Below are positions 1 through 9,051 of a stretch of 64,000 bases of DNA, one piece after another (positions within the stretch are counted from its first letter, which is position 1; every line of letters begins with the position of its first letter). Position numbers and translations under genes: made by a program. The stretch is taken from assembly GCA_017882995.1 (NCBI GenBank), contig JADGOL010000228.1:771-64770 (forward strand). The letters are read 5' to 3'. The notes under the pieces are model-generated. The model saw only the letters and a program-made list of their open reading frames with translations. It did no database searches and was not told the DNA's origin. The stretch comes from Acidimicrobiales bacterium (GTDB lineage Bacteria; Actinomycetota; Acidimicrobiia; Acidimicrobiales; UBA8190).

Positions 1-91
1 GCTTGCTCCGGGCTGGTGTCTCGGGCCGCCGGTATCTCGTCAATGGCTCCGCATTGCCAACGTCGCTCACGCGCACAGGATCTCCCATAGG

Positions 92-1744
92 TCAGGACAC
101 CACGGGTGTCTCGGAACTGCCGGATATTGAGGGCATGACCGTCGGACGACGCGAACGCAGAGCCATTACGACGATGGCCGCATATACGATTCCCGCGCAT
201 AGCACGAACAGGAAGCTCAGTGGATCGAACTGCACCATTCGGATGGCGGCAACCCCAATCCAAACGACACTCGTCCCGCCCCCCCATATCGCTACGGCAT
301 TCCAGATCCTGCGTGTGCTCTTCTTGCTTCCGCCGCCGGTCGCTTGCCAGCCCATTGGCTTCTTGCGCAAGATGTCCCACACTGCAAAGACGTGAGCCCA
401 TCCGTACAGGCTCTTGGCCATCAGTGCTTCGGGTCCATACCGAGCACGGTTCCACAACGGGAAGATGACAAAGGTGTAGATCGTGCTCGGGATGATCCAG
501 AGGTAGTTGCGCACATGCACCTGGCCCGGAAGTCCGAGAATCAGCACGATCGGAATCACGGGCGTGACAAAAGTGAAGCAAGCAGTGTGCAGGTAGTAGC
601 AGAACCCCGAGACATAGCAGAGTCGAGTCGAAAGTCGGAGTTTGGTGCGCCAGAACTTGGCGGAGCCGAGCAAGCTCATCGATCCTGCACACCACCGATA
701 CTGCTGAACCAAGAATGAGTCGGGGTCGTCCGGACATAGCCCGGTCGCCAGAGGGATCGGAACGTAGCGCAAGCCCCAACCGGCTCGGGCCAGGTCGAAG
801 CCAGTGTGCACATCTTCGGAATGCCCGATCAGTGTGGTACCACCAATCGCATCCAATGCCCGGCGCCGGTACACTGCACATGACCCCACGCAGATGGCAC
901 CGTTCAAACGGTCGCGCGATACTTGCACGACGCGGTAGAACAGTTCCTGCACCGCCCCGGCGCCTCGTTCGATCGGCGTCTGACGCGGGTCGACGCGAAA
1001 GAACTGCGGAGACTGGACGATGCCGAGCGTGGGGTCTCTATCCATATAGGGCAGTAGTTCGTCGAGAAAGTCTGGCCTTGGTGCGAAGTCTGCGTCGAAG
1101 ACGACGATGAAGTCATTCGACGAGTTGTGATATCCATGTCGAAGATTCCCGGCCTTCTTGAACCATCCTCGGTCGGGGCGCACGCTGTAGTGGAATCCGA
1201 ACTGTTCGGCCAGCGAAGCCGCCTCGGGACAGGCTCCATCGTCGAGAACAAGAACGCGCACCTCACCTCTGTAGGCACGCGCCAGCCCGTCTACATGAGT
1301 CCACGTGTTGTGCAATACGCCCAGATGCTCGTTGCAGATCGGCAGGAAGATATCCACCCCGGGGTACACCTTGGGATGCCATGTTGCGACAAGTGCCCTG
1401 TGGGCACTGAGATCGAAGTTCTTGCTCTTGACGCTGATGAACAAGGAGATCAAGAAGTACAGCAACGTGAACGTGAGGAACGGCACCAAGGTGAGAAGCC
1501 ACAAGTCGAGTGAGATGAAGTGAACTTGACTCACCGTCACCATGCAGACACTCAACACCGACAATGTCACCAGGAGCGGGAGCTCTCGACGCACGTAAAG
1601 AGTTCTTTCCCGGTCATTGGGAGGTAGGGGAAGCACGGGGTGTGCCGGACGCTCGATACGAGCTCTCGACGCTGGAGTCTCACTCCGCGTATCCTCGACA
1701 AGCGTCTCGTTGTCGCGCGTTGCTTCGATGACCATTGTCGTCAA
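92..1744 (-). CDS. Family-2 processive glycosyltransferase, cellulose-synthase-like catalytic subunit (BcsA/CelA-type core, no PilZ domain)
   Basis: 550-aa ORF. Motifs VLVLDDG, KAGNLRHG, VFDADF, QSPQFF, HSEDVHTG and QQYRWCAGS give the D,D,D,QxxRW signature. Hydrophobic helices flank the catalytic core on both sides. Start is TTG 1744 (TTGA overlap with the upstream stop) or ATG 1735. Many A/T-ending and TTG/CTT codons, unlike the core genes. Confidence 0.85.
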   Translation of the reverse strand: MTTMVIEATRDNETLVEDTRSETPASRARIERPAHPVLPLPPNDRERTLYVRRELPLLVTLSVLSVCMVTVSQVHFISLDLWLLTLVPFLTFTLLYFLISLFISVKSKNFDLSAHRALVATWHPKVYPGVDIFLPICNEHLGVLHNTWTHVDGLARAYRGEVRVLVLDDGACPEAASLAEQFGFHYSVRPDRGWFKKAGNLRHGYHNSSNDFIVVFDADFAPRPDFLDELLPYMDRDPTLGIVQSPQFFRVDPRQTPIERGAGAVQELFYRVVQVSRDRLNGAICVGSCAVYRRRALDAIGGTTLIGHSEDVHTGFDLARAGWGLRYVPIPLATGLCPDDPDSFLVQQYRWCAGSMSLLGSAKFWRTKLRLSTRLCYVSGFCYYLHTACFTFVTPVIPIVLILGLPGQVHVRNYLWIIPSTIYTFVIFPLWNRARYGPEALMAKSLYGWAHVFAVWDILRKKPMGWQATGGGSKKSTRRIWNAVAIWGGGTSVVWIGVAAIRMVQFDPLSFLFVLCAGIVYAAIVVMALRSRRPTVMPSISGSSETPVVS

Positions 1745-3540
1745 GTTCCCCGTGCACGCCAGATCACATAGGCCGAGTGGCCATATGCGTCGTGGACGTT
1801 CACCTTGGTGACGTAGTGATATGCATGACTGGTCGAGATCCCCTTTACTACCGCTGCATCTATTCGGTGTTGAGCGCCGAAGTCCAAGGCAACGAGCGAG
1901 AAGTAGTGATCTCGGATAGCGGCGACATACGCGGGAATCCCGACAAGAGGCGTCTTTGACCCGCGAGGTGTGTAGCTCAGGTAGAAAGTGTCGTGCCAGC
2001 GCGTTGCTGGAACCCCGTCGCCCAAGTAGTAATTGGGAACTTGAGCATCGTCAAGCAGAATGGGTCCCTTGGTGTTGAGCACCAGGGGCTTGAGTGCGGT
2101 GATGAACTGCGTTTCGTTTACCCACGTTCGAAACTGAGCACTCGCTTGATGTGTCCCCACTACGTACATGGGAACGATGGCGATCGCGACACCGATGCCG
2201 CACAGCGAGTACTTCCAAGCTCGGGCTCGCTTGCGCGGAAGGTCATGGGGAAGTCGCCTCCGAGTACGCACCATTTGGAGCACGAGGCTGCCCACGACGA
2301 TGGCTCCAAACCAGGCCCCGAAGTCAACGTGTTTGCTCAACGACGTGGTCGTGTGGATACGAATCTCGTTCAGCGGCGCCAGGAGAACAGCCAAGGCGAG
2401 CACCACTGCGATCGTCGCAGTCGCTCGGTCTGCGCCCTTGCGGACGGCGTGAATGACCAGTCCTACGGCCGCTAGGACGGCCAGGAGGGAGATCATCCCA
2501 ACCCAACTCAACGCGTCGTGCACGACGTGCCCGATCGGTGTTGCGCCTGAGATACGGAAGAGGGTTGTGGAGGAGATCCCCGCCTCGTAACTGGGCCCAC
2601 CGAGGGCGAGCAGTGCGGCCACGATACCGAGGGTGGCTCCAATCAGAATTGCTCCTGTGCTGAGCGCCTTTCGCAATCCATGGGTCGAGAAGACCAGGAG
2701 GAACGCGAGCGCAATGATGACCGGGTCGTAGAGGGTCGAGGCATACTTCGTGGCGTCGGCCAGCGCCATGACCGGCGCAGCGAGATAGATGGCCCCGTGC
2801 GGATGTGGTTGCGTCGAGCTCCCGGTCTTGATGACGATCCACGTCGCTAAGGCCAGCAAGAAGAGTGCCATCGAGTCGAACGTTGCAAGCGCTCCCAGGA
2901 ACTGCGTTCCCTCCACCGTGGTGAACACGGCAGCAGCCAGCCAACCGGCCGCCCTCCCATAGAGGATGCGTGCACTGGCGTAGACGAGAATCGTCGCCCC
3001 CAGCATGAAGCAGAGGCTCAGCGATCGGGCCGCCGCCAAACCACCGATGCTGTCGGCGAACGCCCCCAACACCGGGTAGATCACAGGAGCGCCGGAGAAG
3101 TAGTTGGGGTAGTGGAGGTTTGGGCCGCCATGTAGCCACGTCTGGAGGAGGCGGTGCCCAGCGCCCAGGTAGGTGGCTTCGTCGAGAAATGCCGTGTTGC
3201 TTTGGATCAAGCGCGCTGAGTTCCAGGCCTGGACGCCCAGGATGGCCGCAAGAGGAATGAGCGATGCGAGGAAGCCGAACGTCCGGAGGATCACCGGGGC
3301 CAGGCGGGTTCGACCTGGCGGGCTGATCGACAGATTCGTCGCTCCAACGCTGTAGGCGTCGGAGTCGATCCACAGAGCGTTCAGAGCCGCAAATCCAGGA
3401 ACAACGATCTGCCCGTCTGAGTTGAGCCAGAGAGCATCCGGATCTAGGGGGGCGGCCTCGTCGTCATACGTGAGCCGGTCTTCGATCGGTGCGGCAACGA
3501 CGGCCACCATGGCGGAGGACTGTAGTGGGGAAGTGCCCAC
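1741..3540 (-). CDS. Polytopic GT-C-type (ArnT/PMT_2, GT39/83-like) membrane glycosyltransferase with a C-terminal soluble domain
   Basis: 599-aa ORF with at least 10 hydrophobic segments between about aa 85 and 470. The first loop, FLDEATYLGAGHRLL, resembles the acidic DE-x-x-Y loop of GT-C enzymes. About 130 aa at the C-terminus are non-hydrophobic. Its stop overlaps the GT2 gene start. Start is GTG 3540 or ATG 3510. Confidence 0.6.
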   Translation of the reverse strand: MGTSPLQSSAMVAVVAAPIEDRLTYDDEAAPLDPDALWLNSDGQIVVPGFAALNALWIDSDAYSVGATNLSISPPGRTRLAPVILRTFGFLASLIPLAAILGVQAWNSARLIQSNTAFLDEATYLGAGHRLLQTWLHGGPNLHYPNYFSGAPVIYPVLGAFADSIGGLAAARSLSLCFMLGATILVYASARILYGRAAGWLAAAVFTTVEGTQFLGALATFDSMALFLLALATWIVIKTGSSTQPHPHGAIYLAAPVMALADATKYASTLYDPVIIALAFLLVFSTHGLRKALSTGAILIGATLGIVAALLALGGPSYEAGISSTTLFRISGATPIGHVVHDALSWVGMISLLAVLAAVGLVIHAVRKGADRATATIAVVLALAVLLAPLNEIRIHTTTSLSKHVDFGAWFGAIVVGSLVLQMVRTRRRLPHDLPRKRARAWKYSLCGIGVAIAIVPMYVVGTHQASAQFRTWVNETQFITALKPLVLNTKGPILLDDAQVPNYYLGDGVPATRWHDTFYLSYTPRGSKTPLVGIPAYVAAIRDHYFSLVALDFGAQHRIDAAVVKGISTSHAYHYVTKVNVHDAYGHSAYVIWRARGT

Positions 3541-3823
3541 CTGGCCACTCAGGGTGGGCAGTTCTCACTCTTGGAGAGCGACCGGTTTGGGTTGGCCTCC
3601 GGTGGCGGAAGGATCGCAATAGCACCAGATATGCGCAGACCGGAAGAGTGACGTCGAGGTCATGGATCGTTTACCACGACGACCACGGGGGTGCCTCCAA
3701 TCCTCGATCGGTCGTCGCGGTGTGGGAATTGGGTGGGATACGAGGTTGCGAGAAGTAGTGCTCCGGTCACGGATCCAGTTCGACGCGAAATCCGTGGCCC
3801 GGCGGCGCCCGACTTCACAACGG

Positions 3824-3894
3824 AGCGGGCGACGGGAATCGAACCCGCATGACCAGCTTGGAAGGCTGGGACTCTGCCATTGAGCTACGCCCGC
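3824..3894 (-). tRNA. tRNA-Gly (anticodon UCC)
   Basis: The reverse complement folds as a cloverleaf: acceptor GCGGGCG/CGCCCGC, D arm GCUC-AAUGGCA-GAGU, anticodon stem CCAGC/GCUGG with loop CUUCCAA, T arm GCGGG-UUCGAUU-CCCGU. CCA is not encoded. Confidence 0.93.
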
Positions 3895-4117
3895 GAACGC
3901 GCCAAGATTACCTGTCGTCTGGAGGTGGACCGGGCCACGGAGCCTGATGGAAACCTTGCTCGGGGTGAGGCTGCACCGGCGTGTGGATCACGCCGTCGGG
4001 GATGATTCGATGAACGCGTTCACACGGACGCGGGAAGCTGCGGTTTTTGGGTCAGAGCCTCCGACGGATCTTCGAATCTAGTTTCGCCCCACGAGTTGCC
4101 CTGGGACGTCAAATGCC

Positions 4118-4393
4118 TCACCTGTTTCCGAAACCCGCGAACGCGGCCACGTCGCCCCAGATCACCCGATCCACCTCGCGGAGCTTTCTGGCCTCGAGGA
4201 CACCGGTTGGGCTGAGACACAAAGGAAAGGAGGAAAGAGTCCCGTTGGCCATCACCTCTTGGCCGATGCGGACCAGCCCCCGATCGGCGAGGGAACGGAT
4301 CGCGTCGGGCCGGCCCGACCACACGGCATCCCTCTCTCGCCCGCCGACGATGCCGGCGATGAGGACCTGCTCTTCATCAGGGGAGTAGCTCAT
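4118..4393 (-). CDS. Hypothetical small protein (91 aa), possibly winged-helix-like
   Basis: ATG at 4393 begins MSYSPDEEQVLIAG... The stretch AIRSLADRGLVRIGQEV...LSPTGVLEARKL resembles a wHTH recognition helix plus wing. The longer 209-aa ORF version has an R/P-rich, non-protein-like N-terminus. No clear SD. Lower GC than the core. Confidence 0.4.
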   Translation of the reverse strand: MSYSPDEEQVLIAGIVGGRERDAVWSGRPDAIRSLADRGLVRIGQEVMANGTLSSFPLCLSPTGVLEARKLREVDRVIWGDVAAFAGFGNR

Positions 4394-4767
4394 CGATCGT
4401 CGCGCCCAGACACTCGATGCCGACGGCAGTGGTGCCCTGCGACCTTCCCGGTTGCGGCCCGCGACAGCTGCCTCATGATGGATGATCCCCCTTGCCCGTT
4501 GCCTCGATGCCGCACGGAAGTGATGTATCGGCACCTGGCCCATCCAGTTGAACAACAGGCGCACGACTGAAATGGCTGGTGAGCGGCCTGGCCACCAGGC
4601 ATGGAGGCACCGGACCAGTTCGTTGGTGGTCCTGCGCCTGGAGGCGACCTGGGAAGCGGTGCCGATCTCAGGGCCCGGCCCGCCCGGATCGGAGCATGAT
4701 CGATGCTGAGGGGTACCGTTGAGGTGCTGTCCCACGCCATCAGGCAAGGGGGGCGCGGGGAGGCTCG

Positions 4768-5004
4768 ATGTCCTGGAAACCGATCACCGAGCAGTGGGTC
4801 GTGGCCCACGTCGATGGCAAGGTCAGGCAGCTCCTGGTGACAGCTTTTGACACCTACTCAGGATCGATCAGGGTTGGTTGGCCCCCCCAGGATCCGTCAG
4901 CCATCTCACTCGGCCGGCACTCGCGTCCACGGGAGAGGCTGATCGAGAAGTCTGCCTACGAGCCGCTCGACCCCGACGCCTTCAGGATCGCGACCACGGG
5001 GTGA
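4768..5004 (+). CDS. Hypothetical small protein (78 aa)
   Basis: ATG is preceded by GGGGAGG 4 nt upstream (strong SD). The composition is protein-like. A 10-bp hairpin follows the stop. I recognise no family. Confidence 0.5.
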   Translation: MSWKPITEQWVVAHVDGKVRQLLVTAFDTYSGSIRVGWPPQDPSAISLGRHSRPRERLIEKSAYEPLDPDAFRIATTG

Positions 5005-5019
5005 ACTGAGTACTGAGGC

Positions 5020-5054
5020 GAGGCATCCGGTAACCCCCCGGAAACGGATGCCTC
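5020..5054. terminator. GC-rich hairpin between the convergent small ORF and tRNA-Pro (candidate bidirectional terminator)
   Basis: GAGGCATCCG (5020-5029) pairs perfectly with CGGATGCCTC (5045-5054) around a 15-nt loop, 16 nt after the stop at 5004. There is no U-tract. Confidence 0.4.
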
Positions 5055-5260
5055 AAGCCCCAGCCATTGCCCGTCGTCTGCGCTGGGATGCGTCGTCCCT
5101 ACGCCAGGCGATAGTGGAACGCTAACTGTGGTGGGTCTCGTGCTCAATGAGACTTCCGACCCCTTTTCGTCCGCATGAGGCTTTTCACGCCACGGCTTCA
5201 GACCCACGGTCGAGATGAGGGATCAGGAACGACCACCTGTGAGCTGCTTTCTCGAGTGAG

Positions 5261-5334
5261 TCGGGGAGGGGGGATTTGAACCCCCGACCTCCTGCTCCCA
5301 AAGCAGGTGCGCTGCCAGGCTGCGCTACTCCCCG
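5261..5334 (-). tRNA. tRNA-Pro (anticodon UGG)
   Basis: Reverse complement is CGGGGAG-UA-GCGC-AGCCUGGCA-GCGC-A-CCUGC-UUUGGGA-GCAGG-AGGUC-GGGGG-UUCAAAU-CCCCC-CUCCCCG-A, a canonical 74-nt cloverleaf. Confidence 0.93.
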
Positions 5335-5510
5335 GATCGTGGCCCCGCCCAGGGGCTCGCTCCGTGCAGAGCGTAGGCGACCCGGCCTCGCGTCAGCCCC
5401 GTCCGGAGCGATCTCGCCATCGGGGGGCCGCGATGCGAGCGTCGACGGCGACGCCATAACCTCGGAGACCGCTCGCATCACTTCGAGCCGAACACAGGGG
5501 GGACCACAAG

Positions 5511-6761
5511 GTGACGACGATCAGCGGATGGGTGGCTCCGGGCTTCGAAGGGGTGCGCGACGTCTTCCAGGCCAATTTCGACGCCGGCGTCGAAGTGGGG
5601 GCGGCTTTCGGGGCGTATCACCGAGGACGGAAGGTGGTGGACCTCTGGGGGGGCATCGCCGATGCCCGCAGCGAAGCGCCCTGGAAGGAGGACACCCTGG
5701 TCCTCGTGTATTCGACGACCAAGGGTGTCGCGGCAATGTGTGCCAACCGGCTGGCGCAACAGGGCGCCATCGATGTCGAGGCCCCGGTCGCCAGGTACTG
5801 GCCCGAGTTCGCGCAGGCGGGGAAGGAGACGGTCACCGTGGCCGATCTCCTTTCTCATCGAGCCGGGTTGGCATGGGTCGACGGGACGATGTCCTTTGAC
5901 GACATGGTTCGGTGGGACCCGGTCGTCGAAGCCCTGGAGCGCCAGACGCCGTCGTGGCCGCCGGGCACGGCGCACGGCTATCACGCCACGACCTACGGCT
6001 GGTTGGTGGGCGAGGTAGTGCGCCGCGTTACCGGGACGAGCATCGGCGCCTACCTGCGGAGCGAGATCGCGGGACCGCTCGGCGCCGACTTCTTTATCGG
6101 CCTCCCCGCCTCCGAGGAGCCCCGCGTGGCGCGCCTGGTTTCGTTCATGGAGGGCCTCAGCTCGGGCACCGCCATGCTCAGCGCCCAGATCGATGATGCA
6201 CCGACCGCGGGACCCGACATCGCCGAACTGGCCGAACTGGCCAAGACCTACTTCGCGCCCGGCGGCCCGCTGTTCAAGGCCATGTCAGCTCCCGGCGGTG
6301 CGCTCACCGACGAAGAGGTGTGGCACAGCCCCCGCCTGCATGCGGCCGAGATCCCTGCCGCCAACGGGATCTGTGATGCGCGGTCACTGGCCCTTCTCTA
6401 TGGCGCCTGCGTGGACGACGTACAGACCGCGTCGGGCCAGGCGTTGCGCATCATGTCCCCCGAACAGGTCAATCGGGCAGTGGAGCAGCAGACCAAAGGG
6501 CCCGACGAGGTGCTCCTGGGCCTCGACATCCAATGGGGTCTCGGGTTCAACGTGAACACCGGCATCATCAGCGCGGCGGGCCTCGGGGGCCCGCGGGCGT
6601 TCGGGCATTTCGGCATGGGGGGATCGGCCGGATGGGCGGATCCTGACCTCCAGCTGGGTATGGGATACGTCATGAATCGCATGGACATCGGCACGACGGG
6701 AGACACTCGGAGCTTCAGGCTGATGCGCTCGTGCATCGAGGCGGCGAGGAGGGTGTCGTGA
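5511..6761 (+). CDS. Serine hydrolase, beta-lactamase/esterase (class C-like, EstA family)
   Basis: 416 aa. S-x-x-K nucleophile motif is YSTTKGV. It has the beta-lactamase-fold length and pattern. GTG start has GGGGGGA about 9 nt upstream. Confidence 0.85.
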   Translation: MTTISGWVAPGFEGVRDVFQANFDAGVEVGAAFGAYHRGRKVVDLWGGIADARSEAPWKEDTLVLVYSTTKGVAAMCANRLAQQGAIDVEAPVARYWPEFAQAGKETVTVADLLSHRAGLAWVDGTMSFDDMVRWDPVVEALERQTPSWPPGTAHGYHATTYGWLVGEVVRRVTGTSIGAYLRSEIAGPLGADFFIGLPASEEPRVARLVSFMEGLSSGTAMLSAQIDDAPTAGPDIAELAELAKTYFAPGGPLFKAMSAPGGALTDEEVWHSPRLHAAEIPAANGICDARSLALLYGACVDDVQTASGQALRIMSPEQVNRAVEQQTKGPDEVLLGLDIQWGLGFNVNTGIISAAGLGGPRAFGHFGMGGSAGWADPDLQLGMGYVMNRMDIGTTGDTRSFRLMRSCIEAARRVS

Positions 6762-6783
6762 GCGCCGTCGGACCGGTGACCTC

Positions 6784-7752
6784 ATGAAGGCGGCCGTCTA
6801 CTACGAGACCGGTGAGCCCGAGGTCTTCCGGTACGAAGATGTGCCCGACCCCGTGCCCGGGGGTCGGGACGTCTTGGTGCAAGTCGAAGCGATCAGCATC
6901 GAGGGGGGCGACACTCTCGCACGTGCCATGGGCGATCTCGGCGCGGTGCCCCACATCGTGGGGTACCAGTGCGCCGGGACGATCATCGCCAGCGGCGCCG
7001 ATGTGGAGGGATTCTCCGTCGGTGACCGGGTCGTCACCGTGGGTCTTGACGGGTCCCACGCCGAGCTCCGGGCCGCCCCGACACCGTTTTGTTGGCAGGT
7101 GCCACCGGGCCTCTCCATCGAAGAGGCGGCGTGTGTCCCGGTGCCCTTCGGCACGGCCGACGACTGTCTCTTCGAGTTCGGACGACTCCAAGCGGGAGAG
7201 ACCGCGCTGGTGCACGCCGGCGGGAGCGGTGTCGGGATCGCTGCCATTCAAATGGCGAGTCGGGCCGGTGCGCGCGTGCTCGCCACCGCGTCCAGCGACG
7301 ACAAGCTGTCTCGGCTCGCCGCCCTCGGGCTCGATGACGGGATCAACTACGCCACGACGAACTTCGCCGACGAGGTGCGCAGGCTGACCGAGGGTCGCGG
7401 CGCGGACGTGATCGTGGACTCGGTGGGTGGGCCGACCTTGCAGGGAAGTCTCCGCTGTCTTGCCTACCGTGGCCGGTGCGTCACCGTCGGGGACGCGGGT
7501 CGACGCGGGGGCGAACCTTTGGATATCTCGACGTTGCGTCCCAACAACCAGAGCTTGATCGGGGTCTTCCTGGGTGCCGAGCTCTTCTTGAACCCCAGGG
7601 TGCACGCCATGATCGCCCGCCATCTCGACGAGATCGCCTCGGGCTCGCTGCAGGTGGTCATCGACCGCCGCTTTCCGTTGTCCGAGGCGGCGCAGGCTCA
7701 TGCCTATATCGAGAGCCGCCAGGCGTTCGGTCGCGTGCTGCTCGTTCCCTGA
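6784..7752 (+). CDS. NADPH:quinone oxidoreductase / zeta-crystallin-type medium-chain dehydrogenase-reductase
   Basis: 322 aa. MKAAVY..GEPEVF N-terminus, Rossmann motif HAGGSGVGIAAIQ, no structural-zinc cysteine cluster, C-terminal FGRVLLVP. Confidence 0.85.
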   Translation: MKAAVYYETGEPEVFRYEDVPDPVPGGRDVLVQVEAISIEGGDTLARAMGDLGAVPHIVGYQCAGTIIASGADVEGFSVGDRVVTVGLDGSHAELRAAPTPFCWQVPPGLSIEEAACVPVPFGTADDCLFEFGRLQAGETALVHAGGSGVGIAAIQMASRAGARVLATASSDDKLSRLAALGLDDGINYATTNFADEVRRLTEGRGADVIVDSVGGPTLQGSLRCLAYRGRCVTVGDAGRRGGEPLDISTLRPNNQSLIGVFLGAELFLNPRVHAMIARHLDEIASGSLQVVIDRRFPLSEAAQAHAYIESRQAFGRVLLVP

Positions 7753-7754
7753 CT

Positions 7755-7925
7755 CCCATCGCCCCGGCCGACCTCGAGGTGGTTCGTACCAGACACCCCG
7801 AGACAGTCGTCTACCCCGACGCAGGCCACGGTTTCATGCGTGACCGCTCGTCGACCTGTGACCATGCCGCTGGGCTCGACGCTTGGAGTCGAATGCTCCG
7901 GCTCTTCGCCGAGCAGCTCCGCTGA
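7755..7925 (+). pseudogene. C-terminal remnant of a dienelactone hydrolase family gene
   Basis: The translation ...HPETVVYPDAGHGFMRDRSSTCDHAAGLDAWSRMLRLFAEQLR* matches the last roughly 50 aa of DLH-family proteins (Y-P-x-A-x-H-G-F ... AA..AW.R.L.FF). No N-terminal nucleophile domain exists because the upstream frame runs into the qor gene. Confidence 0.5.
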
Positions 7926-7980
7926 CCGGCGGGCGCGCTCCGGCCCCAAACGGATGATCCGACAATCCGGCAAGCCATCG

Positions 7981-8991
7981 TCACGATGTCGCCGCCACGT
8001 GCAGGACCGCCGCACCGGTGAGGCGGTCCCCGGCCAGGTCGGCGAGAGCTCGGTCGGCGTGTTCGAGAGGATACGGCGTCGTGGTCGCCACGATGCCCAT
8101 GCGCGTGGCGATTCGCAGGAACTCCTCCCCGTCACGTCGGGTGTTGGCGGTGACGCTGCGGACCTCGCGTTCGTTGAAGAGATGGTCCTGGTACCGAAGA
8201 CGCGGGATGTCGGTCAGATGTATCCCTGCGATCACCAGGACACCTCCCCGGTCAAGTGCCCCCAACGCTGCTGGCACGATCTCTCCCGCTGGTGCGAAGA
8301 GAATGGCCGCGTCGAGCCGTACGGGTGGAGCCGCGTCGGCCGGGCCCACCGAAGACGCTCCGAGGTCGAGCGCCAGACGCCGCGCGTCCTCAGATCGGGT
8401 CATGACGTGGAGCTCGGCACCTTCGTGCAGCGCCACTTGGGCGGTGAGATGCGCCGAGCCCCCGAACCCGTAGATCCCCAGGCGCCCTCCGGGGCGAAGA
8501 CCCGTCCGTCTCAGCGCGCGGTATCCGATGATCCCGGCGCATAGCAACGGCGCCGCCTGATCATCGGACAGTCCGTCGGGTATCCGGTACGCATAGCGCT
8601 CGTCGATGACCGCCGCCTCCGCGTACCCACCGTCATGGTCCCAACCGGTGAACGTCGCCTGGGGGCAGAGGTTCTCGTCACCGCGTCGACAGAACTGACA
8701 GTGTCCGCACGTTCCTGCCAGCCACGCGATGCCGACCCTGTCACCGATGGCGAATCGAGAGCAACGCGGACCGAGCGCGTCGACATGTCCGACCACCTCG
8801 TGGCCCGGCACGACATTTCTTCGGTGCACCGGGAGGTCTCCCTCACTGACATGGAGATCGGTCCGGCACACGCCGCACGTCGAGACCGCCACCCGGACCT
8901 GACCTGGCCCGGGGAGCGGAAGGTCACGCTCGACCATGAGCAGAGGTGTCTCGGCCAAGGGTCCGGGTGAGACCACCTCCCAAGCGCGCAC
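7981..8991 (-). CDS. Zinc-dependent alcohol dehydrogenase (AdhA-type MDR)
   Basis: [22 protein letters not shown] and the structural-Zn motif [17 protein letters not shown]. Likely GTG start at 8991 (VRAWEV...). The ORF upstream extension is R/P-rich. Confidence 0.88.
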   Translation of the reverse strand: MRAWEVVSPGPLAETPLLMVERDLPLPGPGQVRVAVSTCGVCRTDLHVSEGDLPVHRRNVVPGHEVVGHVDALGPRCSRFAIGDRVGIAWLAGTCGHCQFCRRGDENLCPQATFTGWDHDGGYAEAAVIDERYAYRIPDGLSDDQAAPLLCAGIIGYRALRRTGLRPGGRLGIYGFGGSAHLTAQVALHEGAELHVMTRSEDARRLALDLGASSVGPADAAPPVRLDAAILFAPAGEIVPAALGALDRGGVLVIAGIHLTDIPRLRYQDHLFNEREVRSVTANTRRDGEEFLRIATRMGIVATTTPYPLEHADRALADLAGDRLTGAAVLHVAATS

Positions 8992-9051
8992 GGTCAATGT
9001 TCGCGCCCGTAGGCCGCTGCCGCATGGAGCTGGGCAGGCTACGTTCTCGCC

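Noticed and set aside
3-395. 130-aa plus-strand ORF at the window edge, and other 60-130-aa ORFs overlapping the GT2 gene
   Set aside because: They are antisense or out of frame relative to a gene with a complete GT2 motif set. Their translations are low-complexity, and nothing supports them.
4394-4747. Upstream 118-codon extension of the small minus-strand ORF (the 209-aa version 4118-4747)
   Set aside because: The extension is Arg/Pro/Gly-rich, lacks protein-like periodicity, and would run to within about 20 nt of the start of the divergent 4768 gene. The internal ATG 4393 gives a compact, protein-like 91-aa product.
1-5334. Calling the left-end block a mobile genetic element or integrative island
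   Set aside because: There is no integrase, transposase or relaxase ORF. I found no direct repeat of the 3' halves of tRNA-Gly or tRNA-Pro (searched by eye for GAATCGAACCC / GATTTGAACCC-type strings). The only evidence is composition and tRNA adjacency, so it is reported as a finding, not as a mobile_element feature.
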